DNA of 54,270 bases, taken from contig CAXRCC010000102.1 of NCBI GenBank assembly GCA_964228975.1, positions 1 to 54,270 on the forward strand, read 5' to 3'. Source of the stretch: Paraneptunicella sp. GTDB taxonomy: Bacteria; Pseudomonadota; Gammaproteobacteria; Enterobacterales; Alteromonadaceae. Below, piece by piece: positions 50,581-54,270 of this stretch (positions within the stretch are counted from its first letter, which is position 1; every line of letters begins with the position of its first letter). A model generated the notes under the pieces. The model saw only the letters and a list, made by a program, of their open reading frames with translations. It had not been told where the DNA came from and searched no databases. Position numbers and translations under genes: made by a program.

Positions 50581-52200
50581 ATGAAAAAAACTTTAGCAGC
50601 ACTTTCTTTATGCATGCTCTCTAGCGTTGCTATTGCAGAGCAACCCAAATTAATTGTTCAACTTACCGTTGACCAATTACGCGGCGATCTTCTACACAGA
50701 TACAAGCACCATTTCGTTAATCAACGGAATCGAAAAGGGTTTAACCGCTTTTTAGAACAAGGCGTAACCTACGACAACACGCACTATCGCCATGCCGCCA
50801 CGTTAACCGCGGTCGGTCATGCAACCTTAGCCACAGGCGCGCTGCCAACCCACCACGGCATCATCGCGAATAATTGGTATGATCCTTCAACGGCCAGCGA
50901 CATGTATTGTGTGGCGGATAAAAAAGCCAAATTGGTTGGAGATGAAGGAAAAGCGGCCTCGCCTGCAAACCTAATGTCGTCGACCTTCTCTGACGAGCTG
51001 CGAATGGGCACAAACGGCAAAGCCAAAGTGTATGCGGTTTCCATCAAAGACAGAGGCGCGGTGCTAACAGGTGGCCATTTCGGTAAAGCCTTTTGGTATA
51101 ACAAATCGACAGGTAACTTCGTTACAAGTAGCTACTACTACGACCAATTGCCAGAATGGGCTGAAGCATTTAACCAATCAGGGCTTAAAAATAGCTTCCT
51201 AGGCAAAGAGTGGAAATTATCCAAGCCTGAAGAGGAATACCATAACGACGTACAAAACCGTGTTTATCAAATTCCGCCTAAAGGCTTTAACAAAGGCTTT
51301 CCACACCAAATGCCTAAGTTAACCGATAAGCTTTACTATCGTATGATTTCAAACACTCCTTACGGTGATGAAATGACCATCAATTTTGCTAAAAGCATTA
51401 TTGATAACGAGCAGCTTGGTGCAGATGAGATCACGGACTATTTATCAATTAGCTTTTCTGTGAATGACTATATTGGTCATACCTACGGGCCAAACAGCTT
51501 AGAAGCAGAAGATGGCTTAATTAAACTCGACAGCATGCTGGCTGAGTTCTTCTATTACCTTGATAAAAAAATCGGTTTAGATGACGTGTTACTCGTTATT
51601 TCTGCAGACCACGGTGTTGATTCCATTCCCGAATATAAAAAGGCATTGGGCTTTGCTGGCTTTAGAGGCGATGTAGAAAGCGCGGTTGATGAAGCGAACA
51701 AGTCCCTTATGGCGAAGCATGAATCGTCGCAATCTTTTGTTAAAGCCATTGCACTACCGAATGTGTACTTCGACCACGATGCGCTGGCTGCTGCAGATGT
51801 AGACGCCGACGACTTAGCTGAAGAGTTTGCAGCGCTTGTCATCAAAGATGAAGCCATCGACAAAGTCTTCACACAGGCGCTACTAAAAACTCCCGGAAAT
51901 CGTGACGTCATCAGCCAACGTGTTTTCAATAACTTCGTTGACTCCCGCTCAGGCGACATCATCGTGGTTCAGTCGCCTTCAGCCATTATGAAAAGCTATT
52001 CAGCCGCCACTCATGGCTCTCCGTACAAATACGACACACACGTTCCCATGTACTTTGCAGGCTGGAAGTTGAAGCCTCAGCGTATTACGCGCTTAACATC
52101 ACCAGAGGATATTGCGGTTACGCTTTCCTCTGTGATGCGAGTCGGTTTCCCTGATAAAGCCACAGGCACGGTTTTACCAGAAGTGGCAGACGCACAATAA
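50581..52200 (+). CDS. Secreted alkaline phosphatase, PafA-type
   Basis: Signal peptide from ATG 50581; VDQLR, TLTAVGHATL (Thr nucleophile as in PafA), SIKDRGA, DYIGH, SADHG, HGSPYKYDTHVP. Confidence 0.9.
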   Translation: MKKTLAALSLCMLSSVAIAEQPKLIVQLTVDQLRGDLLHRYKHHFVNQRNRKGFNRFLEQGVTYDNTHYRHAATLTAVGHATLATGALPTHHGIIANNWYDPSTASDMYCVADKKAKLVGDEGKAASPANLMSSTFSDELRMGTNGKAKVYAVSIKDRGAVLTGGHFGKAFWYNKSTGNFVTSSYYYDQLPEWAEAFNQSGLKNSFLGKEWKLSKPEEEYHNDVQNRVYQIPPKGFNKGFPHQMPKLTDKLYYRMISNTPYGDEMTINFAKSIIDNEQLGADEITDYLSISFSVNDYIGHTYGPNSLEAEDGLIKLDSMLAEFFYYLDKKIGLDDVLLVISADHGVDSIPEYKKALGFAGFRGDVESAVDEANKSLMAKHESSQSFVKAIALPNVYFDHDALAAADVDADDLAEEFAALVIKDEAIDKVFTQALLKTPGNRDVISQRVFNNFVDSRSGDIIVVQSPSAIMKSYSAATHGSPYKYDTHVPMYFAGWKLKPQRITRLTSPEDIAVTLSSVMRVGFPDKATGTVLPEVADAQ

Positions 52201-52260
52201 GGCTCAGCAAGCAGCTTAACTGCAAGCGTCAGCTAGATGAAAAGGAGGCAAGCGCCTAAT

Positions 52261-52290
52261 GCCAGTCAGTTAAGCTGACTGGCTTTTTTC
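52261..52290 (+). terminator. Intrinsic terminator after the phosphatase gene
   Basis: GCCAGTCAG-TTAAG-CTGACTGGC followed by TTTTTTC. Confidence 0.88.
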
Positions 52291-52407
52291 TTTTTCAGAG
52301 GTTTGCACTCTATACTCCAATAGCGATTACCATACCCTAAGCCGCTGGAGGCATAAGCAATATCGACATATAGTTAAGCAAGTCAGCTATGAACCCGAGT
52401 CATTATC

Positions 52408-52764
52408 ATGCGTTCAACTCCCTTTTTCTCACGCGCCATTAAATCGACGCTATTCATCCCTTTTTCTGTATTTAGTCAAAGTATTGTCGCAGCGCCCTGC
52501 CCTGAAACCTTTTATTCATTGCCCTTGCCTGAAAAAGCCAGTACATGCCATCAATTTAATGACACGTTACCTGCGAGTTTAAGTTTTCATAGCAAGCACT
52601 CTATGGAAGAAGTAAAACAATTTTATCAAGGCACTAACTTGGTATTTCAAAGCAGCCAAAAACACCTTGGACGCTACGTCATTAAAGGGGAAGACGATCA
52701 ATATCGCATTGTCATATCAAAGGATGGAAACGGCGCACAAGTGGATTTGTTAGTCATGAAGTAA
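52408..52764 (+). CDS. Small hypothetical exported protein
   Basis: 118-aa ORF with a signal-like N-terminus and two Cys; no family recognised. Confidence 0.65.
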   Translation: MRSTPFFSRAIKSTLFIPFSVFSQSIVAAPCPETFYSLPLPEKASTCHQFNDTLPASLSFHSKHSMEEVKQFYQGTNLVFQSSQKHLGRYVIKGEDDQYRIVISKDGNGAQVDLLVMK

Positions 52765-52770
52765 ACGAGT

Positions 52771-52785
52771 TGGCACACTCCGTGC
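52771..52785 (+). promoter_or_regulatory. Candidate sigma-54 promoter upstream of the DUF2726-like gene
   Basis: TGGCACACTCCGTGC with GG-N10-GC spacing, about 60 nt upstream of the start. Confidence 0.5.
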
Positions 52786-52845
52786 TTAGTTCTGGAAAAG
52801 GGTTAATCTCTATCACCAAAACCTTATTTTCAGATAACGAACGGA

Positions 52846-53421
52846 GTGAATATGGAACTTGTCATTGTACTTCTCATTTTATTGATTGCAGTTACTGTCG
52901 TAGCAATCAAACTTAATGATGGTGGCTTAGCATTCCCATTCAGAAAACGCACCACATTGTTCACACCAGTAGAAAGACAGTTCCTTGAACTGCTAGAAAC
53001 GTCCGTTGGTCATCAATACCGCATTATTTGTCGTGTAAGACTGACCGACATCATCGACGTAAGAAAAAACACCGCAAAACGCACTATTCGTACCGCACTT
53101 CAACGTGCCAGTGGGAGAAGCTTAGACTTTGTATTGTGTTCTAAATCCGATATGACGCCAATCGTTGGCATCGACTTAGTTCACAATAAAGGGGACGGCT
53201 ACAAAACTCAGCGCGATTGGTTTGTGGCAGGGGCACTCGATGCTGCGCGTATTCCTCATCTACGCATTAAAGTGAAAAGTGGCTACAAACCACAAGATAT
53301 TCGTGCCTGTATTGACGCGAAGCTTGCTCCGCACAGATTTAAAGAACCTAAGAAGCCTATCGTAGCGGGCACCAATAACCCAGATAGAAAAGCACCGCTT
53401 ACACGCCCGATTGCAGCATAA
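52846..53421 (+). CDS. DUF2726-like membrane-anchored protein
   Basis: N-terminal TM, LFTPVERQF, VRLTDII, LDFVLC, RDWFV..AL..ARIPHLRI. Confidence 0.82.
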   Translation: MNMELVIVLLILLIAVTVVAIKLNDGGLAFPFRKRTTLFTPVERQFLELLETSVGHQYRIICRVRLTDIIDVRKNTAKRTIRTALQRASGRSLDFVLCSKSDMTPIVGIDLVHNKGDGYKTQRDWFVAGALDAARIPHLRIKVKSGYKPQDIRACIDAKLAPHRFKEPKKPIVAGTNNPDRKAPLTRPIAA

Positions 53422-53473
53422 GCAATCACGGCTCTACCTGTTTACCAACGTTTTACCAAAAACCTCCAAGTTT

Positions 53474-53501
53474 GCCTCTACTTTATGTAGAGGCTTTTTT
53501 T
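53474..53501 (+). terminator. Intrinsic terminator between the DUF2726-like gene and queA
   Basis: GCCTCTAC-TTTAT-GTAGAGGC followed by TTTTTTT. Confidence 0.85.
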
Positions 53502-53502
53502 A

Positions 53503-54270
53503 TTAAAGCGTTTTCTTTGTAATAAACATGGCGTCGCCATAGCTGAAAAAGCGATATTTATTTTCTACCGCCACCTCATAAGCTTTCATCACATTTTCTT
53601 TCCCTGCGAACGCACTAATAAGCATGATCAGCGTGGACTCTGGTAGATGGAAATTAGTCACCATGGCATCCACAACCTGAAACTCATATCCCGGATAAAT
53701 GAAAATGCTGGTATCACTGGCAAAAGCCTCTAACGTTTTACCTTGGCTGATAGCGTGTTGAGCTGCAGACTCCAAAGAGCGCACTGATGTTGTTCCTACC
53801 GCTACCACTTTGCCGCCATTGGCTTTGGTGTCTACAATCGCCTCAACCACGTCTTGAGGCACTTCTGCATATTCAGAATGCATTGTGTGTTCTTTGATAT
53901 TTTCAACGCGAACAGGTTGGAATGTTCCAGCCCCCACATGCAACGTCACAAACGCCACCTTAACGCCTTTTGCCTTTAAGCGTTCCAATAAAGCCTCATC
54001 AAAATGCAAACCCGCTGTTGGCGCGGCAACGGCCCCGGCTTTTTCAGCATATACCGTTTGATATCGCTCTTTGTCGCTTAATTCATCTTCTCGTTCAATA
54101 TAAGGGGGCAACAGCATGTGCCCGTGCGCCTCTAGCAAAGTAAAGACAGACTCTTCATGTAAGAAGCGAAGCACAAACAAACTGTCTTGTCTGGACTCCA
54201 TTTCAGCGTGAACAGCACCTTCAAGAATCAATTTATTGCCAGGCTTGGGGGCTTTATTACAACGCACATG
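53503..54270 (-). CDS. queA: S-adenosylmethionine:tRNA ribosyltransferase-isomerase QueA, 5'-truncated by window edge
   Basis: [59 protein letters not shown]. Confidence 0.97.
   Translation of the reverse strand, partial: HVRCNKAPKPGNKLILEGAVHAEMESRQDSLFVLRFLHEESVFTLLEAHGHMLLPPYIEREDELSDKERYQTVYAEKAGAVAAPTAGLHFDEALLERLKAKGVKVAFVTLHVGAGTFQPVRVENIKEHTMHSEYAEVPQDVVEAIVDTKANGGKVVAVGTTSVRSLESAAQHAISQGKTLEAFASDTSIFIYPGYEFQVVDAMVTNFHLPESTLIMLISAFAGKENVMKAYEVAVENKYRFFSYGDAMFITKKTL

Overview
Chromosomal window from a marine gammaproteobacterium; gene order and proteins suggest Alteromonadales. Left to right: the polar flagellar block (partial fliI, fliHGFE, flrCBA) with sigma-54 promoters; a stand-alone short flagellin-like gene; a REC-REC-GGDEF diguanylate cyclase; lptD-surA-pdxA-rsmA-apaG-apaH; an MCP; folA, obgE, rpmA, rplU and ispB; a LETM1-like protein, an aminotransferase and an acyl-CoA ligase. 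An accessory 8-gene minus-strand cluster follows (methyltransferase, GT-like protein, PhyH dioxygenase, split transketolase, HAD, APH-like kinase, Zn-dehydrogenase) behind a sigma-28-like promoter. Then come yigZ, mdh, argR, a 15-bp tandem repeat and an ankyrin-like protein. A candidate nucleic-acid/nucleoside scavenging locus (about 40.8-52.2 kb) contains an EEP hydrolase, an Oar-like TonB-dependent receptor, a PhnD-like binding protein paired with a membrane-anchored winged-helix protein, udk, nupC, a 2OG-Fe(II) oxygenase and a PafA-type phosphatase. The window ends with a DUF2726-like gene and partial queA. I saw no rRNA, tRNA, CRISPR array or mobile element. The first 17 nt look like an Illumina adapter remnant. 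All calls come from reading motifs by eye; no searches were run.
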